A stretch of DNA of 63,315 nucleotides, counting the filler, from Chiloscyllium plagiosum (Eukaryota): the NCBI RefSeq assembly GCF_004010195.1. It is 4 parts of one record of this genome, joined end to end, with 100 filler letters (N's around TTAATTAATTAA, not from the genome) between each part and the next. Parts side by side here need not be neighbours in the genome. Positions count along the whole stretch, not along the records: positions 37,806 to 63,315 come from NC_057712.1; 3 more parts are not named here. The stretch is one strand, 5' to 3'. The notes under the pieces were generated by a model, which was not told the origin of the DNA, did not search any database, and saw only the letters and a program-made list of their open reading frames with translations. The position numbers and the translations under genes are program-made. Positions 48,816-62,185 of the stretch are shown here, in pieces. The number at the start of each line of letters is the position of its first letter. Positions within the stretch are counted from its first letter, which is position 1.

Positions 48816-49688
48816 CAGATGCTGAGTGACTTCAGAGGGACATTGACAAGTTGGTCAAATGGACAGACACCTGGAAGATGAATTTCAATGCAGGTAAATG
48901 TGAGGTAATTTATTTTGTCAAAAAAGCATGAAGAGACAGTAGAGGGTCAATGGAGCAACTTAGAGGGGAGGGCAAGAGCAGAGAGACCTCGGGTTCAGGT
49001 GCACAATTGTCTGAAGGTGACCAGGCAAGTTGAAACAGTTGTTAAGAGGCTTATAGAATTCTTTGGTTTATAAATAGAGGCAAAGAGTATAAAAGTAAGA
49101 ATGTGATGCTACACCCCTACAAATCAGTGGTCAGACCACATTTGGAGCATTGTGTTCAGTTCCAAGCATTTTACTTAAGGAAGGATGTTAAAGCCCTGGA
49201 GACACTGCAAAGGAGATTTACTAGAATCATACCAGGAATGAGGAATTTTAGACTCCAGGAGAGATTAGAGAGATTGGGCTAATTCCCCTTGAAGCAGAGA
49301 AGATTAAGAGGTGACCTTATTGAGGTATTCAAAATTATGAACAATTTTAGCAGGATAAAGGAGGAGTCTCTGCTTCCATTAGCTGGTATGTCAGTAACTA
49401 GGGGTCACAACTTCAAGATTGTCAGTGAGAGGGCTAAGAGTGAGATGAGGAGAAACCTCTTTACTCAGAGAGTTGTTAGGATCTGGAATGCGCTGCCTGG
49501 GAGAGGGGGGGAGGCAGATTCCATTGGAGGTCTCAAAACAGAGCTGGGTGATTATTTGAAAGTGATGAATTTAGAGGGTGATCGAGATAGTGCTGGAGAA
49601 TAGGACTAGCCGGGTAGCTCTTTTAGGAGCTGGTGCAGACATGATGGGTCGAATGGCCTCCTCTCCTGTAAAATTCTATGATTCTATC
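48816..49688 (+). mobile_element. CR1 3' fragment
   Basis: QRRLRGDLIEVFKIM...FTQRVVRIWNALP; (ATTCTATG) tail. Confidence 0.85.
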
Positions 49689-49849
49689 TACCATGTCCCT
49701 CTGTCTTGCTGTATCTCTCTTGATGTAGGTGCAGATATTGAATTATGATATCCCTCCCATTGTGCCAGTACCCCCATGCAGTGAAAATAATTGCTTAATC
49801 AGATTGTAATGGCCTCCTTCTTTGTGAATAATACTGTTTGATTCTATTA

Positions 49850-50760
49850 CAGCTGAAGTGAATAGCCTCACACCTCCTTGCATTATGCTGCATTTACTGC
49901 CATGTTGACCAGTCATTTAACTTGCCTTTAATTCTGTAGTCTCTTTATGTTCTTCCCACAGCTTAGCTTTTCACTTAGCTTTGTATCGTCAACAAAATTA
50001 GATCCATTACTTCTGTCACTTTATCTATAGCATTAATGCAGATTGCAGAGAGTTTAGGCCCCAGCATTGGTTCTTGACGATCTCCAAGATTCAGAGCCTG
50101 CCAACTTGAAAATGCCCTATTCATTCCTATTTTATGCCTCCTGTTTATTAACTAATCCTGTATGCATGTGAATACACCAGCCACAGTTCACTGGCCCTTA
50201 TCTTGTGCACTAGCCTTCCATGTGGCACCTTATCACATGCGTTTTTGAAATGTATTACACCACCAATTTCCCAATACCTACCACTGGCTTATATGTTATT
50301 GGCCGTGACATAAACATAGCAAAAATGGTAACAATGATTAATAAATTAAATTGAGAGTTCTTTCTTGAAGAACAACAAGATTTGGGAGAGTGCTTCCAAA
50401 CACATAGCACCTGCTGATTGACATTGCTCCAACGACATGCATCATTTCCTGTCATGAGTTTTACTATGCTATTTACATATTCACCGTTATGTTAATCAGT
50501 TTTCAAGTAAATAAACCAATATCAGAACGGTTACATCCTTAAAAACAGCTTTAATAAATTTGTCAAACTTAATTTTATTTTCTGAAAACATGGTGCTTTG
50601 TTCTGTTCGTATATTTTATCAACTTTGTTGTTAGGACTTCCTTAATAATAACTCCAACATTTTTCCAATGATTGATGTTGAGCCAAAGAGTCTGTAGTTT
50701 CTTAATTCCTCTCTCCCTCCCTCCCTTCTTGAAAAGTGATGTTACATTGCTGACTTCATT
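49850..50760 (-). mobile_element. Old CR1 RT remnants
   Basis: NVTSLFKKGGRE; gataaggtgccacatgg (DKVPHG) on the minus strand. Confidence 0.55.
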
Positions 50761-51699
50761 TGCTTTGGCTATTCCTGGTAATAATCTCATAGCTGTAAAA
50801 TTAAGTACTGCATTTTCTCAACAGTGGTATCCATTTGGTTATATTTTAATACTTTTTTTAACAGGTTGCCATTTTCAGTCTATTCCATTGCTTTGTTTTT
50901 CCTGGTTTGTTTGGCGGAAAGCCTTATAGTGATAGCCACATTTTGTTTCTACTGTAAGGACCAGCACTTAAACTTATAGACATTGGACAAGGTGATTGGG
51001 TAGAGCATCACAGGGCTGGATTTTCACTCGCACATCAGGACCACATCAGGACCACATCAGGAATGTAGAATTCCCAGCTCCAAACACCTGACCTTGGAGA
51101 AAGTGTTCTGGAATTCTGGATTTTCTTTTCATGAGTCTGGGTTCTCAGGGAGTCATGGTCAGCAATCCTGAGAACAGAGTGGAGGCAAAATGCCCAGTCC
51201 GGTCATGTATGAATCCCATAACAAAACCGCTGTTTATCCATCACCTGTCAGATGCCCTTCACCTGCTACTCCCAATGCTCATCCATGCAACCTCAGGCTC
51301 CTCCATCCAACGACACAGTCCTTTATAGCCCATTGCCATTTCATTACCCCCCACCCATCATCTTTTTTCTCTTACACCTATAGTACAAACTCATCTACTA
51401 TCCATCCTGGGCTAACGTCAGGATCCATGCTGCGATGAAGTAAGATAAAGTTCTTAACTCATCCAATCCAATTAACTTCCTTTAATCCCTTATAAAAACA
51501 TGCAGTGGAATTCATGGTTTCACTTCAAACAGTTAATAACCACTTGGGACTGTCAATCAAACTTTGAAATGGCAGGCAACCCACTGTGATAAAGAATGGT
51601 TTTGAAATCGGTCATGCAGCAGCAATCAAGTAATAAAATGTCAAAGTGGCAGGCACCGATTTCAACACTCTAGACTCTTTGAAAGAGTATTTTGCATGA

Positions 51700-52050
51700 T
51701 CTCGATTTACAGTTCCCTAAGACCACAATGTTTTTATAGCTCTCTTCACGGTTCCAAAGAGATTAAACACTTTCTTCACATAATTGTGGCTACTTTTGAC
51801 AATCTCAAATTATACATTGCCTCTCCCAAAGGGCAACTGAACCCCATCCCCTTTCCAAAGATTTCTCGTGCTCAGTCCAATAGGGTTCTTTATTTGCCCA
51901 GGCAGCTCCTCATAGTCCACACCTGCACCAGCTCGGTCTAATGTGCACATGTAGTGTTTTTCACTCCCAGCTGGTAAAAAAAAACAGACATGACTGCAGG
52001 ACACTGCTGTTTTATACAGGCAGCTGCCCAAGTGAACCATGCGTCTGCAA
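51700..52050 (-). mobile_element. LINE ORF1-like remnant
   Basis: AVSCSHVC...HYMCTL...EELPGQIK followed by IVVLGN (esterase GDS-like block). Confidence 0.4.
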
Positions 52051-52154
52051 TTTGAATCTATTCCTATTAACCTCATCTCTGTCATTGAAAAACTTCAGCC
52101 CACAGTCTGAAATGAAAAAAGCAATAAAATGCACCCTGTTCAAGACAACCCCAG

Positions 52155-52430
52155 GGTGAAGGGATGACCCTTTAGAACTGAGATGAGGAGGAATTCCTTC
52201 AGCCAGAGGGCGGTGAATCTGTGGAACTCATTGCTGCAGAGGGCTGCAGAGGCCAGGTCATTGAGTGTATTTAAGATAGAGATAGAGATAGGTTCTTGAT
52301 TAATAAGGGATCAAGGGTTACGGGGAGAAGGCAGGAAATTGGGGTTGAGAAATGTATCAGCCATGATGGAATGGTGAAGGAGTCTTGTTGGGCCAAAAAG
52401 CCTAATCTTGCTCCTATATCTTATGGCGTT
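52155..52430 (+). mobile_element. CR1 3' fragment
   Basis: tttagaactgagatgaggaggaattccttcagccagagg and a CR1-type 3' UTR. Confidence 0.8.
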
Positions 52431-53059
52431 CCTAAAGTGGGAGTTGAGACCTACTGTAGGGTAGCAAGCTTTAATGCTGGAATAATCAGATCGAAGGCAG
52501 CAATGCTGCTGTCAAACCCTGATGAAGTTACAGCAGCCATGTTCCTGCTCCAACAGCTCTTCACTCTTACTGGTCCCAACAAAAGGTTGCAGCAGTTTAT
52601 AAGTCTTGAGACCTGAATGGCAAAAGAATGAGATGTGTGAGACTAAGCCAAACAATTTTTGCTGCTAATGACAAAATTAAACAAGCTTATTAGAGCACTC
52701 AAACTAGCTTAATATGAATGTCTTGTATCATAATCACAAGAGGAAAAAGTGTTGTGCAAACTTTGCAGTACAATTGTTGATGTGGGATCCCTTCATAATG
52801 AATGGGTGGGATGGTTAGTTGTCCTGATGTGACCTTTCTTCTCCATCATACTCCCTGGCCAGTGTAGTTTTTTTCCATCTTACCTGATTTCCCATGTACC
52901 CTCTAGCGTGCTATACTGCTACAATGATTTACACATCCTCTGCACCTTAGATGCATATTTTTAGTTATTTAATTATTGCTTCCTTTTGTCAATCATTAGT
53001 ATTTCTGTTATTTAATCATCTCCTGCCCTCCATCCAAAAACAGATCATTTATTTTCTTT

Positions 53060-53245
53060 GGTACCATTTTCCTGCTTCTGTTCCTCCATATAAACTGCTC
53101 ACTTGCAAACATCTCCCAGTTCTGATGACAGGTCAATGACCAGAATTGTTAACACAAAATCCACAGATGCTACTTGGCCTGCTGAGTCTTTCCTGCCTTT
53201 TCTGTTTTTATTTCAGATTTACAGCATCTGCAGTATTTTGCTTTC
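53060..53245 (+). mobile_element. PLE-like family-D terminus with decayed hammerhead near 53122
   Basis: ctgatgacaggtcaatgaccagaattgttaac...ccacagatgct...tttcagatttacagcatctgcag. Confidence 0.55.
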
Positions 53246-54969
53246 TTTCCTGATGTATAACACACTTGTTTCAGAATGATACGCCATTAAGCTGCATCTT
53301 CTTATATCATAATGAGTGCTGCACGATATGAACAGAGCTGGATTTATTCATGTAAGTGAACAGTCATTGTGCAATGAACATCATCTGTGTGGTATTTTCA
53401 ATGAACTCTTCTTCCAAGCTAGAAGTACTGGACAATCAACTGCTGAAATGTTTTATATGGTTTATTTATTTGACAGGGTGCTATAAAAATGCAAAATCTA
53501 TATTCAAGCAGGTGGAGAATGGAAGAATTGTTGAATTACCCTCGATAATAGCAACATTTTGTGCAGAGGAAAATATTTGTCTATCTACATTCTCCTTCCA
53601 AATCTGCCACGTTTGATGTTTAGTTGTGATGACCAAATGAATAGCCACATATCCCATCCCAGGATTGGAATTCTTACCGCCTTTTTAACAGGAACTGTTT
53701 TCCTCGGCTCCTGCTCTCTCATTAATCTGGCCCACAATTCTGTCAGCTGCTTAGTAATTAAACTGTAATCTAGGTTTCTTATTTCTTTTCAATATTCTCA
53801 ATGTTCAAGTGCCCTAGTCTTTGTGCTGTGTGGCTCATAGAAGAACTTTATTAAATTCACATTCTCTGTAAATTGTAACGATCTCAATGCTCCTCATTTT
53901 TACTGGGTAAAGTTCCACTGACATCACCCTCAAACTCCAGTTATCAGCCTTGTTGTCCTGTTCTGTACGGACTGTTAAGATATGAGGAGGCAAATGGTTA
54001 TTCCCGGTTTTTCTCACTCCTGGTTTGGTTCCAACGGAGGTTTAGAATTCAAAAAAAGTGATGTATTCCAGTTCAGTCTGTACTTGACTAGATACGGAAA
54101 TGTGTAAAGATTTAACCAGGCAGGTTTCTTTGAACTAATCTAGTCAGAGATGAATTTTATTGTGCTATAGAAATAGTAAGTATGCAAATGTATTGAATTG
54201 GTAAAAATAGATCTTGACTTCATCTCGTGCACAGACACAAGCACATTTGAACTAAACATGCACAAACACACATCACTGAGAACAGCAGGTTGACTTTGGT
54301 CAAATTGAAGTTCAGTAATCAGAATCAACTAAGTCAGAGTTTCCTGGTTGGAGCTGGCTTGTAGCTGGCTGTGGTTATTTCATTCTCAGTTGACTGTGTA
54401 AGGTTGTAGCCTGGTGTCTCCACCTCCTTCGGTGAAAACTGTTGTCTTCATTTTAAAAGTGTTGCAGGAACATAGACACAATCAAGCTCAACAAACAGGG
54501 TGCCATTTTGGATGGAGATAGAGAGCAGCAGCTTCACCTTTCCTAAAATATTTCCTCGGTCAACAATGACAAAGTTCTTTGATCACATGGCTTCTTTCTA
54601 ACTGTCATCAGGAGTTCAAAACTCCATTGTACTGTACTTTCTAAGAGGTGGCTTTCATGAGCTCACATCCGTACAGTCATCTTAAACAAGGTCCCAGCCT
54701 TTTAGTCGACTGCATGGCTCACTTTTCCCTGCTCGAATTCTGTGAAGCTTCACTTTTGCTAAGGCAGGAGGAATATTGTTTCAACATCTTCAAACGATTA
54801 TTGGCTTTAATGGGGTCTTCATAGATGGTGTCTCCAGCCCAGTTGAGTTGAATGTGGATTACAGAGTCATGTGGATTGATAGCCTTTTGTAATTTAACAT
54901 GATTGTTTTGGTTAAAAACCTTTTTATTGAAAAATTCAAGATATGAAGTCAGTTGAGGAATTAAAAATT

Positions 54970-55146
54970 ATTGTAAAACCCATCAGATGTGGAAGTATTT
55001 GTGCAGGGAGAAACAGAGTTAACAGTTCAAGACCAATATGACTCTCCTTCTCTCTCCACAGATGCTGCCAGACCTGCTGAGATTCTCCAGAATTCTCTGT
55101 TTTTGTTTCAGATTTCCTACACCTGCAGTATGTTGCTCTTATTTGA
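54970..55146. mobile_element. PLE-like family-D miniature inverted insertion
   Basis: Decayed minus arm then plus arm; 12-bp TSD GAATTAAAAATT at 54958-54969 and 55147-55158. Confidence 0.65.
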
Positions 55147-55254
55147 GAATTAAAAATTGCTATTTGACCTGAGCATGTCACTGTGTACACCACAAGCAAG
55201 TGTACATCTTTCCTGCAATACTGAGATTAAAACTAAATATTATTAAATGTATTA

Positions 55255-55775
55255 AATTGTGGGCAGTTTTGGTCTCCTAGTCTGAGGAAGGACATTCTCA
55301 CTATTGAGGGAGTACAGCAAAGTTTCACCAGACTGATTCCCGGGATGGCAGAACTGATGTATGAGGAAAGACTGGATCAACTGCGCTTTGTACTTACTGG
55401 AATTCAGAAACATGTAAAATCCTAATGGGAATTGACAGGCTAAAAGCAGGAAGGATGTTCCTGATGTTGAGGAAGTCCACAACAAGGGGTCACAGTCGAA
55501 AAATAAGAGGTAAGCCATTCAGAACTGAGATGGAAGAATGTCTTCACTCAGAGGGTGGTAGACCTGTGGAACTCTCTCCCAAAGGAAACTGTTGGGGCCA
55601 GTTCATTATTTAGATTCAAGAGAGGCTGGACATGGCCCTTGCGGCTAAAGGGATGAAGCAATATGGAGAGAGGCGTGAGTGGGACACTGCGATTGCATGG
55701 TCAGCCATGATCATATTGAATGGTGGGGCCGGCTCAACGGGCCGAAAGGCCTACCCTGTACCGATTTTCTATGTT
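55255..55775 (+). mobile_element. CR1 3' fragment
   Basis: cagttttggtctcct...gtacagcaaagtttcaccagactgattcccggg and a CR1-type 3' UTR. Confidence 0.8.
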
Positions 55776-56212
55776 TCCACAACGCATCAAAGCTAGCTAC
55801 AAAGCTAACATTACCCCTTATACTCTTCAATCTACATATCAGCATTTTATTCATTGTACAGTTTGATTGACCTAATTATTAAATTGTTTAGTCTCTTCTT
55901 CTTTGCTACAGTTACCATTTCATACATTATCTGTCAAATCTTCCCTCTAGGCAATTAGGGATGGGTAATGAATGTTGACCTGACCAGTGACACCCACATC
56001 CCATGAATGAATAAACACAATTCCTATGAATTCTCATTCAGTTATCTTGAACTTCATGTTCCTACCTTCTGTCCACAGCCTGGCCTGTCTTCCTCTGTTT
56101 GGATTGTCTTACATTATAACTGGACAATATCATAAACCACATCCCATATCCCAGTTTAGATATCTTGAGTAAAGTTACACTGTTTAAGTTGGTATTAAAA
56201 ACTATAAAAGAT

Positions 56213-56838
56213 TATTATGGACAAGACCAAACCCTTTCAAATACATCAAGGAGGTAGCCCAGTCTCTAACCGTTTCTTATTTAAAGGCAAGTGGAAGGTG
56301 CTGTGTTCCAGATATAATTTGATTGATTACACTGTTCAGCTTTAAGCAAAACACACTTGCTCTACAGTTAAGATACAAACAAGTGAAAGAGGATCGGTCT
56401 AACTTTAACTCTATTGGAAAACTTAACATAATAATAGATTTTTTAACTACTAAACAGCAGCTGTTCAAAGATAGTAACATCCCATCAACAAACCCTTGGC
56501 AAAGGCAAATTCAGTAAAATAGATACAACATTTCTCCAGTCCAGGAGGGAAAAGCCTCAAGAGAATATGCTGGCGGAGAGAGAGAGGGAATTCAAGCATT
56601 TTGCTGTAGTGGGGTGAGATATATGGCTATTTCGAAAGCCTAATGATTACTGAAAGCTAAACTAAAAACCTGGCTCTCTGGGAACCTGACTCCAGCCTAT
56701 TCATGCTGCTTCTATTGTTCCAACTTAAAAAAAAACAACACAAGCCTCACAAACTGTTTACTTTGTTGGCTTGGACCAGACTGCTCTACAACCTCTCTTC
56801 ATAAAAGAACCATGACAAAATGCCACAGTATCATCACA
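56213..56838. mobile_element. Probable solo LTR related to 38572-39174
   Basis: Start tattatggacaagacc resembles tgttatggactaggcc; similar length and internal GA tract; no clear TSD. Confidence 0.4.
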
Positions 56839-57601
56839 AGGCACAGTAACCCCAATATCAATTCTTGCTGCAAGCAGTTTTTATTTTGAATGTTCCCCCA
56901 GAGATCTAGAGCTTTTGTCACCAACCATTCAGCCACTATCTGTTCATGATAGTGCTAAATCATTTGCACCTGTATTGCTAACTGCTGCAATATTGGATTC
57001 ATATTTTATGCTGTGACTTAGATTCTCTTCCCATTGTGTTGAAAGTATTTTGTGCATCCTGTGTGTTATAGCTTTCTGTTATGATCAAGAGGTCAGCGTT
57101 TCTATCAGGTATTTGTATGTAATTTCCAAACGTTGAACTGTGATATTCAGACAATTTGTGTCTGTTTTCGCAACTGCAGTTGAATATTAGTCAGATGTGA
57201 TAGGAAATTTAACTGTGTTAATTGGAATATCTTAAATGCTGCACTTAGATAAGTAGAAACTCTGCACTATGTAAAGCAATGCAATATACAACAAGTTGCT
57301 ATCCAACTATAATTTTCCAGCGGCAGCAGCGACTCGAAGGGTGGGAGCTTGCACCAGGGGCCTGCCGGGAGCAGTGAGTCACTGATTTGAGCTTTTATAT
57401 TTGAAGTCAGAGAGCAGAGGTTTCTGGGAAAGGAGGGGCTTCTTATTTTTATTTCGATCCTGCTATATAAGTCAGTGTTTTCTCAACCCGAGACCCTACC
57501 TTTGTAGGGCCTCCCACCCAACCATCTCCTCTAATCTTAAAGACCAGAGACACATCAAGTAAGCGACTCTTTTTTACTTTGTGACTAGGGGACTAGCAGG
57601 G

Positions 57602-58522
57602 ATGGCAGTGCAGGAAGAGCAATGTCCCTCCTGAAGGATGTTTGAGGTCAGGGACGCCATTGGTGTCCCATCCAAGTACATCTACAGGAAGTGCACTCAA
57701 CTCTCGCTCCTCCAAGACCGTGTTAGGGAACTGGAGCGTGAGCTGGATGAACTTTGGACCATTCGGGAGGCAGAGGCTGTGATAGATAGGAGTTACAGGG
57801 AAGTAGTTACTCCGAGGCATGAAGAAAGCTGGGTAACTGTTCAAAGGGGGAAAAAACAGTCAGTGGAGGGATCCCCTTGGTCGTTCCCCTGAAAAACATG
57901 TATACTGTTTTGGATACACTTGTGGGGGACAACTTGCCAGGGCCATGCAGTATGGTGCAGGTCTCTGGCACAGAGCCTGTCCCTGTTGCACAGAAGGGAA
58001 GGAGGGAAAGGAGGAGAGTGTTAGTCATTGGGGACACAATAGTTAGAGGCTCTGATAGAAGGTTTGTTGGGAACGCACGAGACTCGCGGTTGGTGTGTTG
58101 CCTCCCAGGTGCCAGGGTCCGTGATGTCTCGGATCGTACCTTTGGGGTCCTGAAGGGAGAGGGTGACCAGCCCCAAGTCGTGGTCCATGTAGGTACCAAC
58201 GACATAGGTAGAAAGAGGGATAGGGATGTAAGGCAGGATTTCAGGGAGCCAGGGTGGAAGCTGAGAGCTAAAACAAACAGAGTTGTTATCTCTGGTTTGT
58301 TATCTGTGCCACCTGATAGCGAGTCAAGGAATAGGGAGAGATATCAGCTGAACATGTGGCTGCAGGGATGGTTCAGGAGGGAGGGTTTCAGGTATTTGGA
58401 TAATTGGGGCTCATTCTGGGGAAGGTGGGACCTCTAAAAACAGGATGGTCTTCATTGAACCAGAGTGATACTAATATCCTGGGGAGGAAATTTGCTGGTG
58501 CTATTCGGATGGTTTTAAACTA
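57602..58522 (+). pseudogene. CR1 ORF1 (zinc finger, coiled coil, SGNH-type esterase), disrupted
   Basis: MAVQEEQCPS*RMFEV...RKCTQLSLLQDRVRELERELDEL; VLVIGDTIVRG, CLPGARV, VVVHVGTND; stops and a frameshift. Confidence 0.85.
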
Positions 58523-58629
58523 GCTCAGCAGGGGGATGGGAACAGAGGTGTAGCTGCAGTGCACAGGAGGATGAGAGTAGGGAGGACAGGGACAGGATTT
58601 CAGGGTCACAGGAATGTGCTGGCAGACAG

Positions 58630-60994
58630 CAAGCTGGTTTGAATTGTGTCTATTTCAACGCCAGAAGTATCCGAAATAAGGTAGGTGAGCTTGCAGCATG
58701 GATAGGTACCTGGGACTTCGATGTTGTGGCCATTTCGGAGACATGGATAGAGCAGGGTGAGGAATGGATGTTGCAGGTTCCAGGGTTTAGATCTTTCATT
58801 AAGATCAGGGACGTTGGTAAAAGAGGGGGAGGTGTGGCCTTGTTAGTCAAGGATAGTATAACGGTGGCTGAGAGAAATTTTGAGGAGGACCCGTCTACTG
58901 AGGTAGTGTGAGCTGAGGTTAGAAATGGGAGAGGAGAGGTCACACTGCTTGGAGTTTTTTTTTGGCCTCCGCAGAGTTCCAGGGAGATGGAAGAGAGGAT
59001 TAGCAACATTATTCTGGACAGTATGTCGAAGGGCCGACAAGAGGGGAGGCCACACTGGGTCTGGTGCTTGGTAATGAACCAGGCCAGGTGTTTGATTTAG
59101 TTGTAGGTGAGCACTTTGGAGAGAGCGACCATCATTCAGTTACATTTAGTTTAGCGATGGAAAGGGATACAGGTCAAGAGTTATCGATGGGGCAAGGGCA
59201 ATTATAATTCGACTAGGCAAGAATTAGGATGGATAGAATGGGGTAGGAAAATGCAGGGGATACAGACAATGGAAATGTAGAGCTGGTTTAAGGAACAGAT
59301 ATTGCGTGTCCTTGATGGATAGGTTCCTGTCAGGCAGGGAGGAAGTGAACCGTGGTTTACAACAGAAATTGCATCTCTTATTAAGCAGAAGAGAAAGGCT
59401 TATATGTTGATGAGGCAAAATGGTTCGGATGAGGCGATGGAGAGTTACAGATCAGCTAGGAAGGATTTAAAGAGAGAGTTAAGAAGAGCAAAGAGAGGAC
59501 CATGAGCAGTCTTTAGCAAATAGAATAAAGGAGAACCCTAAAGTTTTTTATAGGTATGTGAGGAATAAAAGGATGACTAGGGTAGGAATAGGGCCAGTCA
59601 AAGACAGAAGTAGGAAGTTGTGCGTGGACCCTGTGGAGATCGGAGAGGTGCTAAACAAAATTTCTCGTCGGTGTTCACTCAGGAAAAGGAGGGTATGTAG
59701 AGGAGAAGAATGAGGTACGAGATATTAGACTAGAAAGGATCGAGGTTAGCTATGAACAGGTGTTATCAATTCTAGAAGGAGTGAAAGTAGACAAGTCCCC
59801 TGGGCCGGATGGGATGTATCCGAGGATTCTCTGGGAAGCTAGGGATGAGATAGCAGAGCCTTTGGCTTTGATATTTGAGGCCTCATTGTCTACAGGTTTA
59901 GTGTCAGAGGACTAGAGGATTGCAAATGTTGTGCCCTTGTTCATGTTGTGCCCTGGTTCAAGAAGGGCAGTCGAGATGACCCAGGTAATTATAGACCAGT
60001 GAGCCTTGCTTCTGTTGTCGGAAAGGGGTTGGAAAGGATTATAAGAGATAAGATTTATAATCATCCAGCAAGTAACGATTTGATTTCAGATAATCAACAT
60101 GGTTTCATCAAGGGCAAGTTTTGTCTCACAAACCTCATTGAATTTTTTTGTGAATGTGACCAAGCATGTAAATGAGGGTAGGGCAGTTGACATGGTATAC
60201 ATGGACTTCAGTAAAGCCTTTGATAAGGTTCCACATCGTAGGCTGTTGCAGAAAATGCAGAATCATGGAATTGAGGGTGATTTAGCAATTTGGAATAGAA
60301 ATTGGCTTTCTGAAAGAAGGCAGCAAGTAGTGGTTGATGGAAAATATTCATCCTGGAGTGTGGTTACTAGTGGTGTGTCACAAGGATCTGTTTTGGGATC
60401 ACTGCTATTTGTCATTTTTATAAATGACTTAGACACAGGTATCAGTGGTCGGATTAGTAATTTTGGAGAGGACACTAAACTCGGTGGAGTAGTGGATAGT
60501 TTGGAAGAATGCAATATCATGCTGCAACTATACAAAACGCTAGTGCGGCCACACTTGGAATATTGTGTGCAGTTCTGGTTGCCATATTTCAGGAAGGATG
60601 TGGAAGCATTGGAAAAGGTGCAGAGGAGATTCACGAGGATGTTGTCTGGTCTGGAGGGAACGTCTTATGAGGAAAGGATGAGAGACTTGGGTCTGTTCTC
60701 ATTGGAAGGAAGAACGCTAAGGGGGGATTTGATAGAGACGTACAAGATGATCAGAGGATTAGATAGGGTAAACAGTGAAAGTCTTTTCCTAGGATGATGA
60801 CGTCAGCTTTTACGAGGGGAAATAACTACAAATTTAGGGGTTATAGATTTAAGACAGATGTCAGAGGCAGGTTCTTTACTCAGAGACTGATAAGGGCGTG
60901 GAATGTTCAACCTGCCAATGTAGTTAACTCAGCCACATTAGGGAGATTTAAACAATCCTTGGATGAGCACATGGATGATGATGGGATAGTGTAG
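58630..60994 (+). pseudogene. CR1 ORF2 (APE endonuclease and RT), disrupted
   Basis: YFNARSIRNK, AISETW, GGGVALLVK; KSPGPDG; NYRPVSL; YMDFSKAFDKVPH; SGVSQGSVLGSLLFVIFINDL; FGEDTK in place of FADD. Confidence 0.9.
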
Positions 60995-62002
60995 GGGGAT
61001 GAGTTGAGAATAGTTCATGGGTCGGCGCAACATCGAGGGCCATAGGGCCTGTTCTGCGCTGTATTGTTCTATGTTCTATAATTCCTTATTTTGCTTGTCC
61101 TTTAATTGTGATCTTTACACGGTTTGCTGGGGAACTGGTCTAATGGTGTTGATTAGTAAAATATATTTCCCTTAGCAAACTTCTAGAGTTCTGATCGTTA
61201 TGGCAAAGTCAGAAGTTACCATACTGTTTTGAGTTCTTGACCCGAAACTTCTGATCTGTGTCAGAATCCCGCTTTCCGATGCAGATCCACTTGAAGCAAC
61301 ACACTCCGTTCCTGCAGAGTACTTGGTGGTGAAATCACAACTCTCTTTGGTAGCAGTACTGGCCATATTTTATGATTGAAAGCGTCAAAGGTCATTGGAG
61401 TTGCAAGTGAGAGATGGTAAATAAGGGGGTAGAGTGGTGGCTGTCTATGGGTGCAGTGTGCCAGATCTTCGAGGGTAGGATGGCAGCGATGAGTTGGGGG
61501 TAATGGGGTGCTAGCCAGATGAGAGGATGAGATGGTGAATAGATGGAGTGTTAGGGTGCCAACTAGGTAGGTGTTATGATGTCAGGTCACTGACAGGGAC
61601 AGGGGCCAGATGAGTGAGGGTGGAGAGGGTGGCTGATGGGTAAGGGATTAAAGTGTCCCAGTGGGGTTGTAGGCTTTCAAGGTTGGGTGTTTGGCTCAAG
61701 GAGATCACTGGTGAGGCTGTTTTTGGGGTGGGGGGTTGGTGTCAGGTGTCTGGTGAGGTACAGAGTCAGTGTTTGTATCTACAGATGCTTTTCTTCAGCT
61801 GAAGCAGTTGGAGTTGTATCTGAAAACTACCACTCTAGTAGACCATGCTCTGCTTTGATGTTGCTTAGATATTTTTGAGAGATAGAAGGAGCTGCTTATT
61901 CTGGAATGACATACATTCTGTGTCAAAATGCAAGTTTAAAACTTAGCACAAAATATTCTATCACATGACCCCTCTCTAAATTCGTTTTATATTCTAAAAG
62001 AT

Positions 62003-62118
62003 TTCACCTGACAAAAGAGCAGCACTCCGAAAGATTGTGATTTCAAATAAACCTGTTGGATGATAACCTGGTGTCATGTGACTTCTGACCTTGTCCACCC
62101 CAGTCCAACACCGGTACC
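62003..62118 (+). mobile_element. PLE family-B terminus with mutated hammerhead at 62008-62036
   Basis: CTGACAA-AAGAGCAGCACTCC-GAAA-GA-TT followed by caaataaacctgttgga. Confidence 0.7.
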
Positions 62119-62185
62119 AATACAAGTTTCCCAGATTAATGTTGAATGGCCTAGCCATTAGCTCCTGAGTGATCCATCTTGATTA

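Larger units (their letters stand above)
57315..61075 (+). mobile_element. Near full-length CR1 LINE, inactive
   Basis: 5' UTR, ORF1, ORF2 with internal deletions, (TTCTATG) tail; candidate TSD CTATAATT at 57307-57314 and 61076-61083. Confidence 0.9.

Noticed and set aside
53973..54899. TGTTAA...TTAACA-bounded segment as a solo LTR
   Set aside because: No matching TSD and no second copy in the window
61172..61366. 64-aa minus-strand ORF MASTATKESC...
   Set aside because: No recognisable homology or splice support
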